Counted from the stretch's first letter, positions 27,939-39,407 are shown. The stretch: DNA of 64,000 nt from an uncultured Verrucomicrobiae bacterium (GCA_963836315.1 CAWIJG010000002.1:1379791-1443790); one strand, 5' to 3'. Program-made: numbers and translations. Notes: generated by a model from the sequence alone, not told the origin.

Positions 27939-30155
27939 GTGAAATTACTCAAAACGGGAACGATCGGGATGCTTGCCTGGGCTATGGCGCTGGTCGCACC
28001 TTTATCGACACAGGCCGGGCCCATTACGGTGAACTGGTCGGCATCGGATGCAGCGCTTGAGCTTGCCAACGGGACACCGCTTCCGATAGGGAGTCTCGTC
28101 CAAATTGGTTTCATGACCGGTCCCAGCAACAACATAGCGAACTTTACGCCATGGGCTTCTGGAGCGATTGGTGATGGGTTTGGTTATCCGGGTGTGTTTG
28201 GAGAGTCTACGGGCGCTGACGAGGCAGCAGCTTCCCACAAGCAAATCTACATGGTGGCTTGGGACACGCCTGATGCCAGCGGTAATTACGGGATCTTCAC
28301 CGGCCTCGGTGATCCGAATTGGGTATTCCCCGCATCCTCGGATTTTCCCAACTCGACTTCGCTTGAACTTGGCGATGCGTCGGTTGTGATTATTGCCGGG
28401 GCTTCACCGGGAATACCGGATGATGTGTTTGGTGATGGTTCGGTCATTATACCGGGCTTCGAGATTATCAGCCGCTTGCTCTTGGCCGGTTTCACAGCCA
28501 GCCCGACGAATGGAGCGGCACCGCTGAATGTGACCTTCACGGACACGTCGATGGGCACGGTCACGAACCACTTGTGGACATTTGGTGATGGAGGCACGAG
28601 CACGTCCAGCAGCCCCAGCCACACCTATACGAATGCAGGATTGTTCTCCGTCGCGCTCACAGTCTCCGGTCCGGTCGGTTCGTCCACAACGAATCGCGTG
28701 AACCTGATCACGGCAACGAACGCGCCGCCGGTGGCGGGCTTCACAGCCAGCACGACCACTGGCGCCGTGTCGCTGAATGTGACCTTCACGGACACCTCGA
28801 CGGGTACGATCACGGACTACTTGTGGACGTTTGGCGACGGTGGCACGAGCACGTCCAGCAGCCCGAGCCACACGTACACGGGGGCGGGGACGTTCTCGGT
28901 AAGTTTGATTGTGTCAGGCCCGTTGGGGTCATCCACGAATACCCAAGCCAACCTGATTACGGCAACAAACGCGCCGCCGGTGGCGAATTTCACGGCCAGC
29001 GTGACCAATGGACCCGCACCGCTGAATGTGACCTTCACGGACGCGTCGACAGGCACGATTACCAATCACTCGTGGACGTTTGGCGATGGCGGCACGAGCG
29101 CCTTGAGCAGCCCGAGCCATACCTATACGAACGTGGGATCATTCTCCGTCGCGCTCACCGTCTCGGGTCCCGACGGTTTGTCCACGACGAATCGTGCAAA
29201 CCTGATCACGGTGACGAACGGCGCGCCGCCGGCGGTGGGCATCGATCGGCCCGGGACCGGCATGTTGTATCCGTCGACGTTCACGAACCAGACGATTACC
29301 ATCGTTGCCAGTGCCAGCGACAGCGACGGCATCAGCAAAATCGAGTTCTTCAGGGACGGGACCAACAAGCTGGGTGAGACGACTTCCAATCCGGGAACCA
29401 ACCTTTGGGATGGACCGAAGACGCTGGGGATTCATACGCTCCGCGCGGTCGCTCATGACACGCTGGGTGCGTCCAACGCATCCGCGACGGTCACGGTCAC
29501 CATCGGCGCAAAGAACTCGCCCTTGGGCGATTGGGAAGTCACGATTGGCGGAGCGGACAAGGGTGTTGAGTTTGTGACGTTCGAGGACGATTTCAGCACG
29601 AGCGGCTACGATATTCGACTCAAGAAGTTTGGAGAGAATGATGTGGCGGGGACTTGGGGATTCGATGCGAAAGGCCGGTTAACGGGATCGTTTATCGAAC
29701 AACTCGGCAGCGCAACGAATTGGACCGGGACCCTGGCGGGTAGCGCGAAGAGTCTCGAGAGCCTGAGCGCGTCGGTTGCAACGACGACAGGTGCAGGCGT
29801 CTTTAAGTGGAAGGGCGTGCCCGCGACGACATTCCCCGACCTCAGCGGGACGTGGTCCGGTGTGGTGACGATTGTCAAGGCGCCGACGTCCGTGAGTTAT
29901 GCGATCCGCACGAACGCGAATGACTCGGCAGTCTTCGATGTGACAGCGTCGAGCGACACCAACACGGTGATCGGGCAATTGATCGCGACCTCGCGCGATG
30001 TGGTGTATGGGTATGTCACCGTCGGCGGCACGAACCTCACAATGTCCGGTAAATTCAAAGACCAGTCGGCGAAAGCGTTGCCCAAAATCATGACCTTTAA
30101 GGGCGCAACTACAAATGGGCCGGCCGCGAAGGTCACGATCCAACTCTCCCGATAA
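27939..30155 (+). CDS. secreted protein with four tandem PKD domains, an Ig-like domain and a C-terminal uncharacterised beta-rich domain
   Basis: GTG start with GGGGAG SD, then signal peptide (M)KLLKTGTIGMLAWAMALVAPLSTQA. Four repeats of about 80 aa with PKD hallmarks follow (NVTFTD.S.G.I....WTFGDGGTS....PSHTY...G.FSV.L.VSGP.G). The C-terminal 209 aa are paralogous to 23203..23925. Confidence 0.75.
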   Translation: MKLLKTGTIGMLAWAMALVAPLSTQAGPITVNWSASDAALELANGTPLPIGSLVQIGFMTGPSNNIANFTPWASGAIGDGFGYPGVFGESTGADEAAASHKQIYMVAWDTPDASGNYGIFTGLGDPNWVFPASSDFPNSTSLELGDASVVIIAGASPGIPDDVFGDGSVIIPGFEIISRLLLAGFTASPTNGAAPLNVTFTDTSMGTVTNHLWTFGDGGTSTSSSPSHTYTNAGLFSVALTVSGPVGSSTTNRVNLITATNAPPVAGFTASTTTGAVSLNVTFTDTSTGTITDYLWTFGDGGTSTSSSPSHTYTGAGTFSVSLIVSGPLGSSTNTQANLITATNAPPVANFTASVTNGPAPLNVTFTDASTGTITNHSWTFGDGGTSALSSPSHTYTNVGSFSVALTVSGPDGLSTTNRANLITVTNGAPPAVGIDRPGTGMLYPSTFTNQTITIVASASDSDGISKIEFFRDGTNKLGETTSNPGTNLWDGPKTLGIHTLRAVAHDTLGASNASATVTVTIGAKNSPLGDWEVTIGGADKGVEFVTFEDDFSTSGYDIRLKKFGENDVAGTWGFDAKGRLTGSFIEQLGSATNWTGTLAGSAKSLESLSASVATTTGAGVFKWKGVPATTFPDLSGTWSGVVTIVKAPTSVSYAIRTNANDSAVFDVTASSDTNTVIGQLIATSRDVVYGYVTVGGTNLTMSGKFKDQSAKALPKIMTFKGATTNGPAAKVTIQLSR

Positions 30156-30419
30156 GAGAATCAAGACGACGCATTTGTAACTATTGGACTCTGTCTGGCG
30201 GCGTACCTCGACATTGGCGGGCCGCCTACGCCGCTACTGGCCGATTCAACGATGCCATCGCCACGGCTCAGAAAGCTGTCGATCTTACCCGTTCCGCCGG
30301 GCAAGCCGAGTTGGTAAAAGAAATCGAGGCCCGTTTAGAGTTGTATCGTAGCGGACATGCTTCCAGTCAGTCCACGGGAGTGACGAGTCCACCCAGTCCC
30401 TGATTTCCCGGCGCAGAAG
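30156..30419 (+). pseudogene. 3' remnant of a TPR-protein gene
   Basis: Open frame with no start encodes ..AAYAATGRFNDAIATAQKAVDLTRSAGQAELVKEIEARLELYRSG.., a typical TPR C-terminal tail resembling tails of genes at 55363 and 57042. It begins directly after the PKD gene stop and ends at the tRNA-Lys flank. Confidence 0.4.
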
Positions 30420-30424
30420 GATTT

Positions 30425-30500
30425 TGGTGCGCCGTGTAGGAATCGAACCTACAACCTAGTGATTAAGAGTCACTCGCTCTGCCAATTGAGCTAACGGCGC
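30425..30500 (-). tRNA. tRNA-Lys (anticodon CTT), CCA encoded
   Basis: Folded by hand. Acceptor GCGCCGT/ACGGCGC, D-arm GCTC-AATTGGCA-GAGC, anticodon arm AGTGA-CTCTTAA-TCACT (CTT), T-arm GTAGG-TTCGATT-CCTAC, discriminator A, CCA. Confidence 0.85.
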
Positions 30501-30569
30501 ACTGTTTCGCAGGCGCGGTAAACTACCAAAGCGGGTCGGCCAACGCAAGACGCCAGATACACGTCCCTG

Positions 30570-33500
30570 TCACGGCACCAGCCGCACGCGGTAGTAGCGC
30601 GACGGGATATTGGTCGCCGCACCGACATCAAGATAATTGGTGAACAGACCGGTGGTATTGGTGACGGTGAAGATGTCCGCGAAGTCGTTCGTGCTGTAGC
30701 CGCCGTCGGCAGTCCCGGCAGTGGTTTGGAGCGCGTTGGTCTTGCCGATACCGGTCATCCAATCAATCAAGACATCGTCACCCATGCTCACGATGCTGGT
30801 GATGCAGAATGAGGAGGCGCTGTTGGTCGGGTCCGTGCCCGACAGGAACTCACAAAGATTGTCGCAGCCATCGCCGTCGGGGTCGGCGGTCGGCGCCGCC
30901 GCCGGATTGGTGGTGCTGCCGAAGTACTGAATCTGCCAGGCTTGGAACGGCGTGAACACGGTGATGTAATTCGGTCTGGTATTGGTGCTGACCCCGCCGG
31001 GACCCGCTACGACCAACTCCACGGTATCCGTGCCTGCGGCGTACGCGTGGATCACGGTATTGGTGGTGGTGTTGGTGGTGCTACTGTCGCCGAACGCCCA
31101 GAACCGGTTGGTGATCGCACCGGACGAAGTGTCCGTGAAAGTGACAACAAGCGGGGCCGTGCCGTTGGTTGGCGTTCCGCTGAAATCCGCGGAGATTCCG
31201 GCACACGCTCCGCCGCCATCCGTGAGACAGGGAAGACCTGCGATGGAGAGCGTGTAGCTCGAACAGATAGGAGCCCACGCTGACAGCGTTTACGACCACG
31301 GCGAAATTGGTGTTGGCAGGGACATCAAACGAGTATGCCGCACTACCGCTGGCGCTGCTGCCTAGATCGGCCAGATAACCGGCGCAAAGACTATTGGGGT
31401 TAAAGAGGCCGAGATACGTTTCCGAAAAGATGAACGCGCTGCCCGAGCACGCAGTGGAAACTGTCACGGTGACGCAGACGGCGCTGACACCGGTGTTGGT
31501 GAACGAATACGCATTGTAGGCGTATGAACCGGAAGTCGCATAGTAACCGGGACACGACTTCGCGGCGGCACAGGTGCTTGCGGTGCCGTTGCGGGTCAAT
31601 CGGCCGGTCTGTGTCGGGCTACTGGCGCTCAGGCCACCGTTGATTTGCAGGCCCGGGCACAAGCAGGTGGCCAGGGCAAGCGTGACCGTTGTGGAGCCCT
31701 CGGCATAGGACAACGCCAGCGACAGGTCGACTGGCGTGCCGCAGACAAACGCAGGTGAGGTGCTGATCTGAAACGGCATGGAATTGGTGGCGAAGAAATT
31801 GGGCGGCACGTTCGGGTAAGAGGCGGTGGGCTGGGTGATGGTGACCACGGGGGTGGAGGTGGTCAGCGTGGCGTTGACGGTGGTCGCTGTTCTGACACCG
31901 GCATTCTGGATTACGATGTTGAAGAGATTGCACTCGTCGGCATCAATCACGCCGTTGCCGTTACCGCCGCTGACGGTCGTGCGGGAGATGACGAGGTTGG
32001 GCAGATTCGTTAGCGGGCCGACGAGGGCATTAATCAGGTTGGTTCCGGTCGGGGTGCCCCAGCCGGTGCACAAGTCGTAGCCGGCGACTGCCGTGTACGC
32101 GCTGGGGCTCTTGCTCGATTCGTTATTGCCAACCGTGGTGTCATGGAAACAGGCGGAGTAAGTCGTACCGGTGCCGATGGCGTAGATTGCGGGGTTCAGG
32201 AATCCAACCGATGGCCTGCCACTGATTGCGCCCTGCTGATTGGCCAACGCCGTAAAGCCCGCCCATAACGGAGCTGCGCAACTCGTACCCCGAACGTTTG
32301 GCGAGTCGACACCATCGACCCGAACGTACACATTGGAAGCCGCCAACGCCACGTCGGGAACGTTCCGCTTGGCCGTCGATCCACCATTGGCGGTCATGCT
32401 GATGCCCCGCTGCCAGGGCGGGATCGAAAAATTGGAGCTGACCCCGCCGCTGCTGCCGATACCTCCGCCATCATTCCAGACCGTCTCCGAAAGATAAGAT
32501 CCGCCACCGCCGGTTGTCTTCAGGTTCGTCCCGCCGACTTGTGTGACATTGGTGCTCTCCGACGGGAATGGGATGCCACTCGGGAAGGCATCGGAATCTC
32601 CACTGGCGTTGAAGAAGCTCTGTCCCTGGGTGGCCATCTGGACAAACAGCGCTTCGGACGTTGGGTCCGGGTTGCCAGGGATGTTTTCACCCCAGGAACA
32701 ACTGATCTGCCTGGCGATGTTATCGTTTACCATGCGACCCAACAGGTCCGGCCACGGGCTGGGGTTGGGAGCCATGTACAGAACCACTTTCGACACCAAC
32801 GGGGCCATGGAAATGACCATCTCGATGTCCAGCGACACCTCAAGTTCTCCGCCGTTACCACTCGGGGCTCCCGTGGCGCCGTCGATCAAGACGTTCGTCA
32901 GGGTGACATTTGGCAGCCCGGCCAGATTCTCATAGTAGGTAATATCACTCGCGGTATATCCATCAAACTGCAACAGCCCCACCACCTGTCCAGCGCCATT
33001 CATCGGCGTGCCCGGCACGTAGGCTGCCCGAAAATCGTTTCCAATGAAGTTTCCGCTTGGCCCCGAGCCGGTGCCGGTATGAGGGATGATGGCGTTGGGC
33101 GTGGCGCCAGACTTATCGATGATGTAACGCGGATGCGGGATCGCGAAATTGTCCAGACCGCTGATGTGGAGGATTGCCGGCGCGTTGTCCAATGTCGGTT
33201 CCGCATCGGGTGCGTAGAACGTCCGCGCTTCGTTGGGATGCTGATACAGCCGCATGTTCAGATGGAAGGCCTTTTCGATGTTCGCCACGGACGCATCGAC
33301 GTCCAGCACAACGCGGTTTGGATATGTCCCCGATACGGTAAAGCCGTTGGCCCGCGCATAATCAACGAGAGCCTGATAATCCTCTATCGTCGGGCCGAAC
33401 CTTTCCGTAAACTGTTCAGGCGTCAGATAGTGGCGGTACTGCGGACTGGCCGGGTCGTAAATCTGCTGAAGCAACGCATTGAGTGCTTGCTGGTTGCGCA

Positions 33501-33672
33501 ACGGCAACCCAACGGCCAGATGCAAACGGTTCGTGCCGGAAAGACGGCCCACCGTCTGCAAATTCAGCCTTTTCACGGCTTGGGGTACATGGCCGTGCAG
33601 TTCCTGTCTTTGGGCCAATGTGGAGGAGGTGGTGGCAATGGCAAGAAGCAGAACGCAGAGGGGCGTACGCAC
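30570..33672 (-). pseudogene. sedolisin (S53) family serine peptidase with C-terminal beta-rich and PKD domains, interrupted by a frameshift
   Basis: GTG start gives signal peptide MRTPLCVLLLAIATTSSTLAQ. A pro-kumamolisin-like propeptide is followed by the S53 catalytic region (SCSWGE.., ..GTSCAAPLWAG). After ..NAVSVGSY the frame degenerates, and the +1 frame continues with a clean PKD domain and C-terminal domain to 30570 (TLSIAGLP..ADFSGTPTNGTAPLVVTFTD..WAFGD..). Confidence 0.65.
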
Positions 33673-33743
33673 ATCTCGCCACGCTATGGTATTTGGACTC
33701 ACGAGACAGGCGTGAGAATAGCACACCCGCGTCAATTTGGCAA

Positions 33744-33781
33744 TAAAAGCCCGAACACCCCGGCTGGGATGTTCGGGCTTT
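33744..33781 (-). terminator. rho-independent terminator downstream of gap (hairpin plus T-run on minus strand)
   Basis: AGCCCGAACA-cccggctggga-TGTTCGGGCT is a perfect 10-bp stem flanked by AAAA on plus and TTTATT on minus. It lies 15 nt after the gap stop. Confidence 0.55.
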
Positions 33782-33795
33782 TGGGTAATAAAAAC

Positions 33796-34860
<1,065 letters not shown>

Positions 34861-35573
34861 CTAAACGTAACATCCGGGGCAAAACTGCAAGAGAAGGGGC
34901 AAGAAGTGCCGCTGCTCGCAACGCCAAAGGCATCCTAAGTCATCCCTCCAAACCCGTCAAACGGAAAACTGGTTGCTCGTAGGGTGTGCTGGCGAGAATA
35001 GACGACCAGCGACTGCTTCATGGCACATACGTGGCGATGCCCAAGATGCCCGCTTTGTCGGTGTAGCTGAGTGATGGGTTGGCATCGAAGACCGCCGCGG
35101 TGTTTGATTGCAGCGTCAACACCACGGGAATGGTGAGTTCGCTGTTGATCGTGATTTGACTTGTCAGCCCATGCTCGCGGAAAAGATACCATTGCTAACC
35201 GTTAGCGCCACAGCTTGGGGGCCACAACAGGCAGCGAGCTTATCTGGACCGTCCATGACCACGACCAAGGGTTGATTGGTGGTCGCATTGTCCGCTTCGG
35301 TGACAATCAAGTATGCCCCGGGCGTATCGACCGGGCGCAAATTTTTACTGGCTTTGCGGGACGTCAGACCCTGACCATGCGAATGAGTATGCGCCAGTTT
35401 ACAAGGCGATCCGACGTCCCCCCGGGGGGGATATTCAGAACGTAAAATGCGCCATGATGTAGCGCACTTAAGTGCGGCAACTTTCCCGTATCCTCCAGAG
35501 TTTGGGAAGACCGCGGAACGCTTGCTCTGCACCCACTCGCATGTTACGTTCGCGCCCACCACTAACAAAGGGG

Positions 35574-36443
35574 ATGCTCATGCAACGTTTTCGCCAAGTC
35601 AACACCACGCTGGCCACGAGTATTTTGCTGATGGCATTCACCGCCGTTGCCGGGGCGCAAGGACTGAAGTCCGTTCAGGAAATAATGGACTTTTCAGCTT
35701 CGAAGACGAGCGCCTACAAGACATGGTCAGCCGATTGCAGTCAAGTCGTGAACATGATGGGCAGTCAAGTGGCCATGAACGGTCTGATGGTGCAGAAACT
35801 TCCGCACAGTGTGTGGATGCAATTTAATATGCCGATGGTTGGCCAGCAGAGCAAGCTGACCGCGGTCATGGGGCAAGATGGGATCATGTGGCAGGTCGTG
35901 CAGACAGGCGAACAACCCCAGATTATGAAGATTGACATGAATAGAATCGGCAGCAACACCTTTGCCCAAACCGGTCTGACCATCAACCCTCTTGACCAAT
36001 TCGATCCCGGTAAGCAATGGCAATTGAGCAAAACCATGTACGACTTCACGGTGGCCAAGGCAGAGCAATTCGAAGGGCAACCGATGTACGTGCTGGAGGG
36101 TACATGGAAACAAGCCGCGCTTACCAATCAGCAAGTGGCAAGGCTCGCCAGCTTGGTCGGCAAGATGCGTGTCTTGATCGGCCAAAACGACGGGTTCGTG
36201 CATCGCATGGAACAATACGACAAGTCCAAGACAAACAGTTTCATGACGATGGAATTCAAGAACCTGAAATTCAATCCCGATGTGCCCGACTCGACATTTG
36301 TCTATCGCCCGCCCACCAACGCGGCGGTCATGGATATGACGCCGATGGTTGAGATGCAGATGCGGGCTCAAAACGCAGCTACAACACCACCGCAAGCGCC
36401 GGCGACACCGCGCGCACCGGCAACAAAGCCGTCTACGCCGTAA
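35574..36443 (+). CDS. secreted hypothetical protein with C-terminal Pro/Ala/Thr-rich tail (possibly LolA-fold-like)
   Basis: SD AAAGGGGA then ATG. Signal peptide MLMQRFRQVNTTLATSILLMAFTAVAGAQG. No family motif recognised with confidence. The C-terminal tail is QAPATPRAPATKPSTP. Confidence 0.45.
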   Translation: MLMQRFRQVNTTLATSILLMAFTAVAGAQGLKSVQEIMDFSASKTSAYKTWSADCSQVVNMMGSQVAMNGLMVQKLPHSVWMQFNMPMVGQQSKLTAVMGQDGIMWQVVQTGEQPQIMKIDMNRIGSNTFAQTGLTINPLDQFDPGKQWQLSKTMYDFTVAKAEQFEGQPMYVLEGTWKQAALTNQQVARLASLVGKMRVLIGQNDGFVHRMEQYDKSKTNSFMTMEFKNLKFNPDVPDSTFVYRPPTNAAVMDMTPMVEMQMRAQNAATTPPQAPATPRAPATKPSTP

Positions 36444-36999
36444 CCTCGCGCTCGACCACCTCCAAGAGCGCATGCAAGATCAACGTGTGCGCCTCTTGAA
36501 TGCGCCCGCTGTCAGAACTGGAGACAAGTATCTCAAAATCGGCCTTCCCCTTTGACTTGCCGCCACCCTTACCGAGGAACGCCACGGATTTCACGCCTTT
36601 GGTCTTCGCAGCAGTGATCGCGCGAAGGATGTTTGGGGAATTCCCGCTTGTTGAAAAGCACACAAGCAGATCGTTCTCGTTGGCTAACCCCTCAACCTGC
36701 CGCGAAAAGATTTCATCAAAACTGTAGTCGTTGCCAATGCAGGTCAGGAGCGTCACATCAGCTGCGAGGCTCACGGCAGGGAGTGAACGGCGGTTGCCCC
36801 GGAAGCGCCCGACCAGTTCCTCGGCTAAATGCAGGGCATCGGCGGCACTGCCCCCATTGCCGCAAGTGAGAATCTTGCCGCCAGATTTCAATGTGGTAAC
36901 TACTACGGCAGCGATCTTTTGAAATGTATCCTCTTCAAGAGCCAGCGCTTGCAATGTCCGGCACGCGTCTTCAACGAGCTTTGGCAAGACTGGCTTCAT
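36433..36999 (-). CDS. gmhA: D-sedoheptulose-7-phosphate isomerase (SIS domain)
   Basis: SIS-domain signature KILTCGNGGSAADALHLAEEL.. is present, the size is 188 aa, and conserved CFSTSGNSPN and Glu/His residues are near the C-terminus. Confidence 0.8.
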   Translation of the reverse strand: MKPVLPKLVEDACRTLQALALEEDTFQKIAAVVVTTLKSGGKILTCGNGGSAADALHLAEELVGRFRGNRRSLPAVSLAADVTLLTCIGNDYSFDEIFSRQVEGLANENDLLVCFSTSGNSPNILRAITAAKTKGVKSVAFLGKGGGKSKGKADFEILVSSSDSGRIQEAHTLILHALLEVVEREVTA

Positions 37000-37120
37000 T
37001 CCCGCATCTTACCGTCGCCTGCCGGGAGTTTGAAACAAAAAACCACTCGTTGTACCTTACGATAGCAGGAGGTAATGATGGCCGGAAGTTGCTACAAAAT
37101 TATACTTGTATTCCAAGTAG

Positions 37121-38275
37121 GTGTTGAGCTTTTATACCAGCAGTAGCAGCAACGGGTCACTTGAGACACAACTTATAGATGCTTATGGTCGACCTAAGTT
37201 ATGCAGCGGGCAATTAGTACTTATGCAGCGTTTTAAGCCACATCAACTTACGCGTCAAGCGATTGACAATTGGCCGATACCCAAATCGGGACTGAGCGCG
37301 CGCGTTGTCCACTGTCTGGAGCAAACGGGCGTCAAGGACATCGGGCAACTCCGCGGTTGGGGCGATCAGCAACTCCTTAACCTGACCAATTTCGGCGCGA
37401 CTTCCCTCGAAAACGTTCGCTGGTTCTTCAACTGGACCCGTCGCTTGGAAGCCGGCAACGGCCAAGTTCCCACTTTTCGCGGGTTATTGCGGGAGTTTCT
37501 CAACACCCAAGAGGTCTTCGTCGTTGAGCAGCGCTATGGCTTGACAGACCCGCTGTTCCGTCCACACATGAAGCGGCGCACATTGCAGGAGATCGCTAGG
37601 ATGCGCATTCGTGTTACCCGCGAACGCGTGCGACAAATCGAGGAATCGGCTATTGCGGCCCTGCGGTCGCAACTCGCTCGCGCAGTGGCGGAAAGCCAGG
37701 AAGTCTACTGGGCCAACCGCATCCTGTCTGGTAGCTGCGTCGTGACCACAACCGAGTTGAGCGAATGGGCGGATGACCCCGTGTGGGGTGGGTACCAGCC
37801 TTGGGGGGCGTTGTTGTTGCTGAGCGAAACACTCGAACGGATCACATTCCGCTACGACTATTTCTCGGTGTTGCCTGAGCACGTGCTGAACCAGGTCGAA
37901 AAGCAAATCCTGCAGTTGTTGCACTCGGCCGGGGAGCCGGTCCCGTTCGAAAGGATTCTCGCCAGTGTGTCCGACGACCTCAGCTTTCTCAACGGCCAAC
38001 GCCCGCGATTGGTGACCGTGCTGTTGGATCATCACCCGGAAATCAGCGGCACGGTGGATCGCCGGTACTTTCTGCCGCTGGCCGGAGCGCCGCTGGTCAT
38101 CGCCGACATCCTGCGCAGTCGTCAGGAACCAGTTCACTTCCACGAGTTGACGCGCCTGTACAACGAGCGGATGCAGCCCCACAGCCGCAAAGGCACGGGC
38201 TACATCCTGCGCATCCTGAACCTCATGCCTGAGGCCGAGCGCGTTACGCGTGCCGTGTACCAGCTGAAGGACTGA
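37121..38275 (+). CDS. putative transcription regulator combining an RpoA alpha-CTD-like helix-hairpin-helix with a sigma-70 region-4 HTH
   Basis: LSARVVHCLEQTGVKDIGQLRGWGDQQLLNLTNFGATSLENV resembles the alpha-CTD of RpoA. RRTLQEIARMRIRVTRERVRQIEESAIAALR matches sigma-70 region 4.2. A C-terminal domain of about 200 aa is unrecognised. Confidence 0.5.
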   Translation: MLSFYTSSSSNGSLETQLIDAYGRPKLCSGQLVLMQRFKPHQLTRQAIDNWPIPKSGLSARVVHCLEQTGVKDIGQLRGWGDQQLLNLTNFGATSLENVRWFFNWTRRLEAGNGQVPTFRGLLREFLNTQEVFVVEQRYGLTDPLFRPHMKRRTLQEIARMRIRVTRERVRQIEESAIAALRSQLARAVAESQEVYWANRILSGSCVVTTTELSEWADDPVWGGYQPWGALLLLSETLERITFRYDYFSVLPEHVLNQVEKQILQLLHSAGEPVPFERILASVSDDLSFLNGQRPRLVTVLLDHHPEISGTVDRRYFLPLAGAPLVIADILRSRQEPVHFHELTRLYNERMQPHSRKGTGYILRILNLMPEAERVTRAVYQLKD

Positions 38276-38330
38276 GACGCCCCGCGCTTTTTTCTCGCGG
38301 GGGCGCGCTCGTTTGCCTAATCTCCAACGC

Positions 38331-39407
38331 GTGCGGATTCTCGACAAATACCTGCTGCGCGAATTCGCGTGGCCGCTGCTCTACTGCTTTGACGCGTTCG
38401 CCATGCTGATGATTGTCATTGATCTCTTCGGTACGCTGGACGAATTCATCGAGGGCCACGCGCGCTTCACCACCGTCGTTCATTACTACCTGATCCTTTT
38501 CCCGGGGATGTTCGTGGAGATCATGCCTATGGCGCTGCTGCTGGGATTGCTGTTCTGCCTGGCAAACCTCAGTAAGTACAACGAATTGACCGCGATGCGT
38601 GCCAGCGGCATCAGCCTCGCGCGACTGGCCATGCCCTTGTTGGCCATCGGCCTGCTGGCCACCGGCGCCGTCTTCGCCGTCAACGAGCTTTTCGTCCCGC
38701 ACGCCCGCGAGCACGCCGACGCATTGCGCGCCTCCGTGAAGGGGAAGGGAGAGCGCGACATCCTGGATGGTTTCTTCTTCGCAGATTCCACCGAGCACCG
38801 CGACTGGTACGCGCGCCGCTTCGACACGCGCCGGTTCGAGATGGACAACGCCGAGGTCCACGACCGGAAAGGAGACGGCACGCCGGAAATCGACGTGTAT
38901 GCCGAGAGTGCGCGCTGGATCAATGGGCGGTGGCACTTTTTTAATGCGGACGTGTATGATCACCGCCAGACCCCACCCTTGGTCGTGCGTGTGAGCGAGA
39001 CGAACTTCCCCGCATTCAAGGAGTCACCGAAACGTCTCGCAATCGAAGGCAAGAAGCCCGACGAGCTAACCACCAGTGAACTTCGCCGCTATATCCGCAC
39101 CCAACGGCGTGCGAACCACCTGACGGGCCTGGCAAAATACGAAGTCAATCTCCACTATCGCTACGCATTCCCACTGACCTGCCTGATCGTCGTGTTGATG
39201 GGGATTCCGCTGGGCATGCGCGTGAGCCGTAGCGGCCCCTTGCTCGGTGTGGGCACGGCCCTCACGCTCGTCGTCGCTTTCTATTTTCTCAACAATATCA
39301 CCCTCGCGCTCGGCGAGGGCGGTCGCATCCCCCCCGTGGCGGCGGCGTGGATGACCAACGCGATCTTCACGGGCGTGGGTACGGTGCTATTGATGTGTGC
39401 CCGTTGA
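38331..39407 (+). CDS. LptF/LptG family LPS export permease (YjgP/YjgQ)
   Basis: N-terminus (M)RILDKYLLREFAWPLLYCF.. and six TM segments with a periplasmic beta-jellyroll region. Typical length. GTG start chosen; TTG at 38313 also possible. Confidence 0.8.
   Translation: MRILDKYLLREFAWPLLYCFDAFAMLMIVIDLFGTLDEFIEGHARFTTVVHYYLILFPGMFVEIMPMALLLGLLFCLANLSKYNELTAMRASGISLARLAMPLLAIGLLATGAVFAVNELFVPHAREHADALRASVKGKGERDILDGFFFADSTEHRDWYARRFDTRRFEMDNAEVHDRKGDGTPEIDVYAESARWINGRWHFFNADVYDHRQTPPLVVRVSETNFPAFKESPKRLAIEGKKPDELTTSELRRYIRTQRRANHLTGLAKYEVNLHYRYAFPLTCLIVVLMGIPLGMRVSRSGPLLGVGTALTLVVAFYFLNNITLALGEGGRIPPVAAAWMTNAIFTGVGTVLLMCAR

Noticed and set aside
30153-30419. possible stop-codon read-through extension of the PKD protein
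   Set aside because: The downstream TPR-tail remnant happens to be in the same frame as the PKD gene after its TAA. The content is an unrelated TPR C-terminus and there is no read-through context, so coincidence is most likely.
37484-38347. 287-aa minus-strand ORF
   Set aside because: Antisense to the alpha-CTD / sigma region-4 regulator gene.
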